Source: Candidatus Zixiibacteriota bacterium (GTDB taxonomy: Bacteria; Zixibacteria; MSB-5A5; GN15; FEB-12). Taken from it: 20,585 bases of DNA. The stretch lies in the NCBI GenBank assembly GCA_041742355.1, contig JBGSIV010000268.1, positions 1 through 20,585 of the forward strand. The letters are read 5' to 3'. The notes under the pieces are model-generated. The model made no database searches and was not told where the DNA came from. It worked only from the letters and a program-made list of their open reading frames with translations. The position numbers were made by a program, and so were the translations under genes. Shown one piece after another: positions 1 to 7,494 of the stretch (position 1 is its first letter; every line of letters starts with the position of its first letter).

Positions 1-330
1 GGTGTAGCTCGTATTCTGCTGCACGTCGAGGTCGGTGGTAATCACCGTGGTTGCCGTGTCGCCGGTCGGGGAAACCTCGATATTACGCGTGCCCGGTTCG
101 ACACCGGTATAGCCCGAGGGCTCTCCAAACGCCAGATCCGATACGGCCACATTTCCGTCGACCGCGACGTCGACCGCCGGAGCGTCGGGGCTCAAGTGGA
201 TCACCCGGATTGCCGTTTGTTCGGGAGTCGGGCCGACCCCGTTATCGTCGTCGTCGTCGTCGCAGGCGGCGACAAACGCCATGAGCGCAAGGCTCATCAC
301 CGTGAGTTTGACCATAGCGGATTTCTTCAT
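1..330 (-). CDS. DUF4397-domain lipoprotein (3' end runs off the window)
   Basis: Manual translation, open to position 1: MKKSAMVKLTVMSLALMAFVAA-C-DDDDDDNGVGPTPEQTAIRVIHLSPDAPAVDVAVDGNVAVSDLAFGEPSGY... Signal peptide II with lipobox VAAC; IRVIHLSPDAPAVDV is the typical DUF4397 start motif. Alternative in-frame ATG at 339; AAAGGA and GAGGG upstream. Not in the ORF track. Confidence 0.85.
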   Translation of the reverse strand, partial: MKKSAMVKLTVMSLALMAFVAACDDDDDDNGVGPTPEQTAIRVIHLSPDAPAVDVAVDGNVAVSDLAFGEPSGYTGVEPGTRNIEVSPTGDTATTVITTDLDVQQNTSYT

Positions 331-418
331 TGTGGTCATCCCTCAGTTCCTTTCTATGTTTTGACGGTTGATTTACGGTAATGTGTTCAGGCGGTGCAGG
401 ACGGTGCCCCGTCAGTTT

Positions 419-453
419 CCGGAGAAGCCCGGCCCGTGGGCCGGGCTTTCCGG
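419..453. terminator. Strong GC-rich hairpin, possible terminator or attenuator
   Basis: AAGCCCGGCCC (425-435) / GGGCCGGGCTT (438-448), extended by CCGGA (419-423) / TCCGG (449-453). U-tail is weak on both strands. Confidence 0.4.
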
Positions 454-780
454 GTCGGGACACCACAACAGAGGTGATCATGGGGAGTCTGCGGCATCGA
501 ATGTGGTCATGGTCGTCTCCCTCTATTTCATGCGGCTCGTCCAAGGCCAGGATCGCGAGAGTGTGGCTCGATTGCGGGTCCCCTGATGCCTGTCATCAGA
601 TTCGCCATAATATCGGTACATACGCTTTTCCTTCCCAACGACGGGTGCTGCCAGCCGGCTTCGGTGCACGCAGCGGCACGCACTTCCGCAGGCAGTCCCG
701 CGGCGATCGTCTTTTCAAATCACGGGAGCATTGGCGTCGAAGATACTTCCGGTGCCCGGACACGGCTGCAGCGCGAAATC

Positions 781-1830
781 CTACCGGCCCAGCAGTATCG
801 ACTCGGAGCTGAAGCCCGGCCCGAGAGCGGACAGGAGAAATGTGCCGCGGGTCTCGGGGCACTGGCGCAGGAAGCGGTCGAGCACGAACAGAACGGTCAC
901 TGATGACATGTTGCCGTAGTCGCGGAGAGTCTCGCGCGAGAAACGGGTCTGACCGCAGTCAAGATGGAGGGCGTGTTCATATGCCTCCAGGACTTTCCGG
1001 CCGCCCGGGTGAAGGAGCCAGGCCGAGATATCGCTAATGCCGAGACTGTGGGGGCGAAGGAACTCATCCAGATCCACCGCTGCCTGCTCCCGCACGATCT
1101 CGGGAATTCGCTGGGCGAAGACCACTTGCAGGCCCCGGCTCGCCACGTTCCACCCCATGACATCCAGCGAATCGGGGTAGAACCGGCTGTGTGCGTCCAC
1201 GACCTTCGGGCCATCCGATTCGATCTCATCGCCGACCACGAGCACGGCGGCCGCTCCCTCACCAAACAGCGCGGTCGCCACCAGGTTGCTGCGGGAGCAA
1301 TCGTCGGCCACGAACGTCAACCCGCACAGTTCAACACAAACCACGAGCGCCCGATGGCCCGGATGGGCGTTGAGGTAGCTCCAGGCATGAGCCAGGCCCG
1401 CTGCGCCGCCGGCACAACCCAGCCCCCACAGCGGCGTGCGCCTGACATGCCGGGGTAACCCCAGCACGTTTGCTATGCGGGCATCGATCGACGGTGTGGC
1501 GAGGCCGGTCGTGTTGACATAGATAATGCTGTCGACGGTGTCCGGGGTCACCCCCGCTTCCCGCAGGACACGTCCGGCCACTTCGGCACCCAGCGCGGTG
1601 GCTGATTCGATGTAGGCTTCATTCTTTTCTCCAAAGGACCGGGGCGTGCGAAACCAGTCGGCGGGGCGGGAGAAGTAGCGGGTTTCTATACCGGCGTTAG
1701 TGAACACGGGAAGGAGCCGCTCGATATCTCCGCGTGTGCGGCCAAACAGGTCCCGCACGAACTCGCGGGCCGACTCCTGGTCGATCCGGTGCGGCGGGAC
1801 TTCGGTCGCAATTCCGGCGATTCGTGGCAT
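781..1830 (-). CDS. Type III polyketide synthase (chalcone synthase-like, BpsA/SrsA-type), 349 aa
   Basis: Catalytic triad motifs WGLGCAGG (Cys), LLHPGG (His), YGNMSS (Asn); ATALFGEGAAA and C-terminal ALGPGF. Start moved to ATG 1830 (MPRIAGIAT), preceded by GGAGG. Confidence 0.93.
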   Translation of the reverse strand: MPRIAGIATEVPPHRIDQESAREFVRDLFGRTRGDIERLLPVFTNAGIETRYFSRPADWFRTPRSFGEKNEAYIESATALGAEVAGRVLREAGVTPDTVDSIIYVNTTGLATPSIDARIANVLGLPRHVRRTPLWGLGCAGGAAGLAHAWSYLNAHPGHRALVVCVELCGLTFVADDCSRSNLVATALFGEGAAAVLVVGDEIESDGPKVVDAHSRFYPDSLDVMGWNVASRGLQVVFAQRIPEIVREQAAVDLDEFLRPHSLGISDISAWLLHPGGRKVLEAYEHALHLDCGQTRFSRETLRDYGNMSSVTVLFVLDRFLRQCPETRGTFLLSALGPGFSSESILLGR

Positions 1831-2185
1831 CTTCAGTCCTCCCCATCCAAAACGTCGGGGCCGGTTTCGGCGCCTCTTCGCGACGCCCCGACCCATTGTC
1901 CGTTACATGTATAACCAACCGGATTGACGGGAAGGAGGTTCCTTGCCGAAGGGCCATTCTCCGGACTGATGTCACGGTGTACCAAGCGGTACAGACGGCG
2001 AAGAACCGCCGCAGGCACGTCGAAGCTTGCGATTCGGCGTGGATACGTGTACTCTACCTGTCAATGATCCATCCGCAAACAGACGTCGGTGTATAAGGAT
2101 CGGCGCCGGCCAGTACGCGGAAAGCAACGGTGCGACATTTGACAATTCGGGTGACAGCAGTGGCCCGGCAACCGGAGAATATACG

Positions 2186-2617
2186 ATGAACACCTTGAAG
2201 AACTGGGCCACCAGCCGCGATGCGATCGCCCGAACAACCGCCGGCGTCTCTGTCGGCCTCCTGGTGCTGCGCATCGGCACCGGTCTCATGATGGCCCTGA
2301 GCCACGGTTGGGGGAAGTTCGCCAGCTACGGAGAACGCTCGGCGACTTTCGCCGATCCGTTCGGTGTCGGCAGCGCAGTCTCGCTGGGCCTAGTGGTTTT
2401 CGCCGAGTTGTTCTGCGCCCTCGCTGTCACCTTGGGGATGTTCACGCGGCTGGCCGTGATTCCGCTCATCATCACGATGGTCGTCGCCGGCCTCGTCATC
2501 CACGCCAACGATCCCTGGCCGAAGCCGGAGATGGCGCTCCTTTACCTCACGGCGTTTCTGATGCTCCTGTTCACCGGACCGGGGAAAATATCAGTCGATC
2601 GCCTGTTCGGGCGGTGA
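2186..2617 (+). CDS. DoxX family membrane protein, 143 aa
   Basis: LLVLRIGTGLMMALSHGWGK, FAELFCALAVTLGMFTRLA and GPGKISVD match DoxX/YphA motifs; four hydrophobic segments; GGAG at 2174-2177 before ATG 2186. Confidence 0.9.
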   Translation: MNTLKNWATSRDAIARTTAGVSVGLLVLRIGTGLMMALSHGWGKFASYGERSATFADPFGVGSAVSLGLVVFAELFCALAVTLGMFTRLAVIPLIITMVVAGLVIHANDPWPKPEMALLYLTAFLMLLFTGPGKISVDRLFGR

Positions 2618-2658
2618 TCCGGTTGGCAGTCAGACGACCTGATCCGACAGCAAACGAA

Positions 2659-2696
2659 AACGCCGGATGGTGGTGGTTGCACCGCCGCCCGGCGTT
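2659..2696. terminator. Probable bidirectional terminator between convergent doxX and brx genes
   Basis: AACGCCGGATGGTGGTG-GTTG-CACCGCCGCCCGGCGTT; followed by GTTC on + and by TTCGTTT on -. Confidence 0.55.
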
Positions 2697-2720
2697 GTTC
2701 ATGATTTGGCTGTGGTCCGA

Positions 2721-3236
2721 TTACCTGGCCTTCAATTCCGAGCTGCAGCGGGCACTCGAAGAGGCAAACGCCTCAAGCATCCGCTCGCGCGGGACGGATG
2801 GCCCCCGGCGAGTGCAGTGGGTGTTGAAAGCTTCGATGAGCATTTCGGCCACCTCTGCCTCGGTCCGCCCCTCGATAAAGCGTCGCGGCATCATGAACGC
2901 CAGTTCGCCATCCTTGAAGAGCGCAACCGACGGCGATGACGGCGGAACGTCACCCATGTGCTCCCGCGCGCGGTCGGTTGCCGGGCGGTCGACTCCGGCG
3001 AACACCGTATAGAGTCGGTCAGGGATGATGTCGTTCTGCAGGGCAAGGGCGAGGCCCGGACGCGCGCTGCCGGCGGCACACCCGCAGACGGAGTTGACCA
3101 GAATGAGCGTGGTTCCGTCGGTCTGCTTCATCGCCTCGTCGACGGCTTCGGGGGTTGCCAGGGAGCGCACGCCGATTTCTTCCAGTTCGCGCCACATTGG
3201 GGCGACGAGATCGCGGTCGTACATCGATTCGAGCAT
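2721..3236 (-). CDS. BrxA/BrxB family bacilliredoxin (YphP/YqiW-like), 171 aa
   Basis: VNSVCGCAAGSARPG with the CGC active site, TVFAGVD, PPSSPSVALFKDG and RRFIEGR. ATG 3236 with GGAG 5 nt upstream. Confidence 0.92.
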   Translation of the reverse strand: MLESMYDRDLVAPMWRELEEIGVRSLATPEAVDEAMKQTDGTTLILVNSVCGCAAGSARPGLALALQNDIIPDRLYTVFAGVDRPATDRAREHMGDVPPSSPSVALFKDGELAFMMPRRFIEGRTEAEVAEMLIEAFNTHCTRRGPSVPRERMLEAFASSSARCSSELKAR

Positions 3237-3369
3237 TGGTACTCCAGGATTCTGTTCCGGATTGCGGAAACGGTTATTGCGCAAACCACCTTATGGGCTG
3301 GTGTTTGTCCAACCTCCGCCCCGCGGTTTTTTCGGCCGCGCGGGGAACCCTCGGGCGGGCCGGTCGTTA

Positions 3370-3391
3370 CTACATTTATTATAACGTATAA
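3370..3391. promoter_or_regulatory. Candidate PerR/Fur-like operator in the divergent brx-sodA promoter
   Basis: CTACATTTATTATAA (3370-3384) matches the Per box TTATAATnATTATAA at 11 of 14 positions with a perfect right half; overlapping TTATA-ACG-TATAA palindrome (3379-3391). AT-rich island in GC-rich DNA. Confidence 0.4.
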
Positions 3392-3441
3392 GAGACGTAA
3401 TTGCTCCATAAAACCGAAATTTAGGAAGCCTGGAGGACCAC

Positions 3442-4077
3442 ATGCCTCAGACCGGAATCAAAGGCACCCAGTATACCCTGCCCGATCTCGGATACTCCTT
3501 CGACGCCCTGGAGCCGTTCATCGACGCCAAAACGATGGAGATCCACCACGACAAGCACCACCAGACGTACATCGACAAGCTCGTGGCAGCGCTGTCCCAG
3601 CACCCGGAGTTCGCGGATATGACGCTCGAGGATCTCATGCGCAACCTCAACAAGATTCCCGAGGACATCCGGACTGCCGTGCGCAACCATGGCGGCGGGC
3701 ACATCAATCACTCCTTCTTCTGGCCGCTGCTGAAGAAGGACACCAAGTTCGGCGGGCCGGTGGCTGACGCGATCAAGACCAAGTTCGGCGGTTTCGACCA
3801 TTTCAAGGAGAAGTTCTCCACTGCCTCCGCCAATCAGTTCGGCTCCGGTTGGGGCTGGCTGGTGATGGGCAACGACGGGCTCGAGGTCGTCAGCACACCG
3901 AACCAGGACAGCCCGCTTATCCAGGGCAAGATCCCGGTGCTGGGGATCGATGTCTGGGAGCACGCATACTACCTGAAGTACCAGAATCGCCGTCCCGAGT
4001 ACATCCAGCAGTTCTTCAACGTGATCAACTGGGATAAGGTAAACGAGAATTACGAACTGGCTCGCAAGGGCCGCTGA
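3442..4077 (+). CDS. sodA: Superoxide dismutase, Fe/Mn family, Mn-type signatures, 211 aa
   Basis: [35 protein letters not shown]; the GGGH and QD residues are the Mn-type pattern. GGAGG RBS. Confidence 0.96.
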   Translation: MPQTGIKGTQYTLPDLGYSFDALEPFIDAKTMEIHHDKHHQTYIDKLVAALSQHPEFADMTLEDLMRNLNKIPEDIRTAVRNHGGGHINHSFFWPLLKKDTKFGGPVADAIKTKFGGFDHFKEKFSTASANQFGSGWGWLVMGNDGLEVVSTPNQDSPLIQGKIPVLGIDVWEHAYYLKYQNRRPEYIQQFFNVINWDKVNENYELARKGR

Positions 4078-4116
4078 GGGCGACAAGTACGATCTGTAGT
4101 GTACCTCGCAACGGCA

Positions 4117-4154
4117 GCAGCCGTCCGCTCACAGGCGGGCGGCTGTTTTCGTTT
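4117..4154 (+). terminator. Rho-independent terminator of sodA
   Basis: GCAGCCGTCCGC-TCACAG-GCGGGCGGCTGT followed by TTTCGTTT. Confidence 0.75.
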
Positions 4155-4518
4155 ACCGAGGCTGGTTATGAGGTGGCAGCGTAAGATTCGGGATGATGCA
4201 GATGAACTCGAAATCGGTGTCATACGGATTGGAGAACTGGTGCATCGTGTCACCCGGCACGAAGGCCATGTCCTTCTCCGACAGCTCGTGCACCTGGTCG
4301 CCGATCTGCAGGCGTCCGCGCCCCTTGATGACGTAGTTGATGTGCTCCCAGGCATGCTCGTGGTGCGGGGAATGGCCCCCCGGCGCCAGTCTAAACACCC
4401 GCAGGACATGATTCTGCCATCCTTCTGCCGCCCCGATCACCGGTCCCCCGGTCATCGCCTCTATTCCCTCTCCCTGCACCGGCGGCATCGCAATGTCGCC
4501 GTACTTGAATACCGGCAT
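4153..4518 (-). CDS. Cupin_2 domain protein, 121 aa
   Basis: PGGHSPHHEHAWEHINYVIKGRG and FVPGDTMHQFSN are the two cupin metal motifs; AGGAGGT 5 nt before ATG 4518. Confidence 0.9.
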   Translation of the reverse strand: MPVFKYGDIAMPPVQGEGIEAMTGGPVIGAAEGWQNHVLRVFRLAPGGHSPHHEHAWEHINYVIKGRGRLQIGDQVHELSEKDMAFVPGDTMHQFSNPYDTDFEFICIIPNLTLPPHNQPR

Positions 4519-4580
4519 ACAGCACCTCCTGTCAATTGCCGCAATATACATATGGACGCGGCCTGAGCGCAAATGATCCG

Positions 4581-5333
4581 CTACTCCAGTTTCCGCACTG
4601 CGGCCGGCAGCGCTGCGAGAGTCGTGATGACTGCATCGGGCGTTTCGGCTGGGGATGTCGGCCTGACCTGGGCTACCCGGGCCCGCCGCAGACTGGCGTA
4701 GTACTGCCGCGCATATTCGTCCAACTCTTCCGGCTGAGATTCGTCCCGGTAGTAGACCTGAATCGCCCGCATCCCAAGCGCTTTGGCCGGCTGGATGTCA
4801 TAATCAATACGATCACCGATCATCACCGCTTCTTCCGGAGCACACCCGGCCGCCCGCAACATTCCCTCGAAGAACGCCGGATTCGGTTTATGTAAACCGA
4901 TCTCGTCGCTGATCCAGACCACTGAAAGATATTCCAGCAGGCCGAATTGCTCCAGCGCCGCCCGGCACGAGCGCACCTGGTTGGCCGCGATACCCAGGCA
5001 GTACTCGCCGGCCAATTCATGCAGCACTCGCACCACATCGGGGGCCGGCTGGTGGTATCGGACATAGTTGCGATCGAAGTCGTCCAGTATCTGCGATCGC
5101 AGGGCCAGCCACCCCTCCCGGCCGAAGTAGCGAATCCCGATAGACCAATGCGGCTGGCTGTCGTTATATCTGATTATCTGCTCCTCCCGCATCGTCAGAA
5201 TATCGACGAACGTGACCCCGGGGTGTTCCGTCGCGATCGCCTGGTAGAGCATGAGATAAACGCGGGACATGCCATAGTCATCGGAGAATAGCGTGTTGCC
5301 GACATCAAAGAACAGCCAGATCGGATGAGGCAT
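4581..5333 (-). CDS. HAD-superfamily hydrolase, subfamily IA, 250 aa
   Basis: Motif I FFDVGNTL, motif II IAAN, motif III KPNP, motif IV MIGDRIDYDI; GAGGAG RBS. Confidence 0.9.
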   Translation of the reverse strand: MPHPIWLFFDVGNTLFSDDYGMSRVYLMLYQAIATEHPGVTFVDILTMREEQIIRYNDSQPHWSIGIRYFGREGWLALRSQILDDFDRNYVRYHQPAPDVVRVLHELAGEYCLGIAANQVRSCRAALEQFGLLEYLSVVWISDEIGLHKPNPAFFEGMLRAAGCAPEEAVMIGDRIDYDIQPAKALGMRAIQVYYRDESQPEELDEYARQYYASLRRARVAQVRPTSPAETPDAVITTLAALPAAVRKLE

Positions 5334-5421
5334 GGGCAGACTCTCCTCGTCGTTTCATGAACCCGCGACAGGTCCAGAGAATGTACGGAAGTCAGCAGGC
5401 AGGCGGCAAGGCCGGGGAGGC

Positions 5422-5459
5422 AAAAAGAATGGCCCGCGTCCGATGCCGGAGCGGGCCAT
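5422..5459 (-). terminator. Rho-independent terminator downstream of the basic HTH gene
   Basis: Minus strand ATGGCCCGC-TCCG-GCAT-CGGA-C-GCGGGCCAT followed by TCTTTTT. Confidence 0.75.
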
Positions 5460-5503
5460 CTATCAAGGTACGACGTAATCTCTTGGAGACGTCGAGTGCA
5501 CCT

Positions 5504-5896
5504 TTAGCGCGTGCGACGCGGGGTCGAACGGCGATTCTGGCGGGTGCGCTGGGTGGCTTTCCACTGCCCATTTTTCGTCGTGCGACGGCTGCGGGTCGTC
5601 CGGCTGGTCGTCGGGCGCGAGCCCTTCGGCGAGAAGGAATTCCACGCGTTCTTGGTCCCCTTGTTGCCCTTCCACACGTTCGGATTCGCCTTCTTGATGT
5701 TCAGCGTGCAGGCTTTGTAACGAACCGAGTACACGGTCCGGCCGAGCTGACGGGCGATCCAGGAGGTTTCGTACTGACGGTAGTACTTGCGCATGAACTG
5801 GATTTCCTGCGACGACCACTGCTTGGTCACCTTGCGCGGGGAAGTGCGACGACGCGACACAGCACGACGGGCAGTGTTGGTTTTACGGGTAGCCAT
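5504..5896 (-). CDS. Highly basic hypothetical protein with central Myb/SANT-like HTH, 130 aa
   Basis: AAGGAG RBS and own terminator. Core WSSQEIQFMRKYY...WIARQLGRTVYSVRYKACTL resembles a Myb/SANT-like three-helix domain; Arg/Lys/Ser/Thr-rich tails on both sides. Confidence 0.8.
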   Translation of the reverse strand: MATRKTNTARRAVSRRRTSPRKVTKQWSSQEIQFMRKYYRQYETSWIARQLGRTVYSVRYKACTLNIKKANPNVWKGNKGTKNAWNSFSPKGSRPTTSRTTRSRRTTKNGQWKATQRTRQNRRSTPRRTR

Positions 5897-6229
5897 ACCG
5901 GACTCCTTTAAAAGATGCGTTCAAGGTCACGAGCACCGAGCGAGACACTCAATGCCCGTCGTCAATCATTCGTTTTCGTTAGTTCTATTTTCGTCGGATT
6001 CTTAAAATCCTTTACTTCAATCGGTTAAGTTTTTGCCAGAAATTGACGGTGTTCCCGGGAGTTCTGGCCTCGGTTCTCGGAGCCGGCCACTCCTGATGGA
6101 ACTATCGTGTGAGCCGTCGGTTGCGTCTGCGGATCGCGGACCGACATCAGCTACGATCACGCAACCAACCGCATGACAACAGGTTAGCCGGACGCGACTC
6201 GACCCCGCGCGCAACCTCCGCCTTTTCAG

Positions 6230-6258
6230 TTGCCCGGCCGGGACGATTTGAGTACACT
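6230..6258 (+). promoter_or_regulatory. Sigma70-type promoter for the AI-2E gene
   Basis: TTGCCC-N17-TACACT, ending 38 nt before ATG 6297. Confidence 0.45.
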
Positions 6259-6296
6259 GCCGCCAGCAAGAAAGGCCCCGCGAGAATAGGCACGCT

Positions 6297-7391
6297 ATGA
6301 AACGCGAATATTTCCTCGTTTCACTTTTTTTCCTGATCGCTGCGGTTTTCGTCTACCTCTTTTATAAACTCATCATTCCCTTTTTCGCCCCGATCGCCTG
6401 GGCCGCGGTGTTCGTCATCCTCTTCCGCCCTCTCTACGATCGCCTGCTTCGTCGTCTCCACTCCCCGAACCTGACTTCGCTGATCATGAGCCTTTTCATC
6501 GTGGTGCTCATCATCGGACCGCTCGGCTATATCCTGTTGCTCCTTCTGAACCAAGCCGCCGCGGCAGTGGCCGGCATCAACACGCTCTACCGCGCGGGGA
6601 AGTTCGACGATTTCCTGCGGCTCTATATGCCCTGGCTTGAGGGGATACGACTCAAGCTGTCGCAGTTCTATGACCTGACGGATATCAGCGTCGATGAGCT
6701 CATCAAAGAAGGCCTCGACAAGGTCACCGGATTCGTACTCCAGCAGGCCACCTGGATCGTCACCAACGCCGCGAAGGCGATCTTCTACTTCGTCATTATG
6801 ATCTTCACCATGTTCTACTTCTTCCGTGACGGCGCTCAGCTCGTGGCCAAGACCAAGCGCCTCATGCCCATTCCGGATGAGCAGATCGAACGCGTCTTTG
6901 GCAGGCTGCGCGACGTGATCTACGCCACCATGTACGGCGGCATCGTCGTGGCAGTCATTCAGGGCGTTCTCGGGGGTCTGCTTTTCGCCGTTATGGGCCT
7001 CCCCTCGGCGATCTTCTGGGGGGCGGTCATGGTCTTTCTCTCGATCATTCCTTTCCTCGGCGCCTTCGTTGTGTACCTTCCGGCCGGCGTCTTCCTCATG
7101 CTCAGCGGCTCGTATGTGAAGGGAATTCTGATGATCGCGATCGGCACGATCGTCATTTCCCAGAGTGACAACATCATTCGGCCCTACCTTATTTCCGGCC
7201 GGACCGAAATGCATCCGCTGCTGCTCTTCTTCGCCATCATGGGGGGCGTGGCCATGTTTGGGCTGCTTGGCGTGGTGGTCGGGCCGCTCATTGCCGCGGT
7301 TTTCGTCGCGATCATCCGCCTCTTCGAAGTCCGGCTGCATACTCCGGAGGATGTGGCACCGCCGGAACCGGACACGCCGCCGGATATCTGA
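6297..7391 (+). CDS. AI-2E family transporter (PerM/UPF0118), 364 aa
   Basis: Multiple TM helices; PFFAPIAWA, LFRPLY, FYFFRDG, QGVLGG, LSIIPFLG, DNIIRPYL, MHPLLLFFAIMGG and GVVVGP match the family. Confidence 0.92.
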   Translation: MKREYFLVSLFFLIAAVFVYLFYKLIIPFFAPIAWAAVFVILFRPLYDRLLRRLHSPNLTSLIMSLFIVVLIIGPLGYILLLLLNQAAAAVAGINTLYRAGKFDDFLRLYMPWLEGIRLKLSQFYDLTDISVDELIKEGLDKVTGFVLQQATWIVTNAAKAIFYFVIMIFTMFYFFRDGAQLVAKTKRLMPIPDEQIERVFGRLRDVIYATMYGGIVVAVIQGVLGGLLFAVMGLPSAIFWGAVMVFLSIIPFLGAFVVYLPAGVFLMLSGSYVKGILMIAIGTIVISQSDNIIRPYLISGRTEMHPLLLFFAIMGGVAMFGLLGVVVGPLIAAVFVAIIRLFEVRLHTPEDVAPPEPDTPPDI

Positions 7392-7494
7392 AGCACGGCT
7401 TCGGCATCGGATTCTGATTTCCCTTTACTTCTCCCCCGCGCCACGATTTCTTGTTCCATCGTTGGCAATCCACTCATTTCGCAAGGAGGCAGTC

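Noticed and set aside
586..780. Expected bpsB/srsB methyltransferase downstream of the PKS
   Set aside because: No hydrophobic ICMT-like ORF or recognisable remnant seen.
1932..1969. AAGGAGG followed by an 8-codon TTG ORF in the PKS-doxX intergenic region
   Set aside because: Spacing is only 4 nt, the start codon is weak and the SD can pair with the adjacent TCCTT.
2059..2144. Perfect TTGACA hexamers (2059-2064 minus, 2139-2144 plus; also 19078-19083 plus)
   Set aside because: No acceptable -10 element at 16-18 nt spacing.
5463..5819. Acidic 118-aa ORF overlapping the basic HTH gene on the same strand
   Set aside because: Alternate frame with no evident RBS or domain; the 5504-5896 frame has an RBS and a recognisable core.
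7165..7494. N-terminal extensions in the ORF track (M14 from 7165, ATPase from 16602, PKS from 1896, DoxX from 2027, epimerase from 10432, cupin from 4572, Brx from 3284)
   Set aside because: Downstream ATGs have clear RBSs and match family N-termini; several extensions overlap other genes, promoters or terminators.
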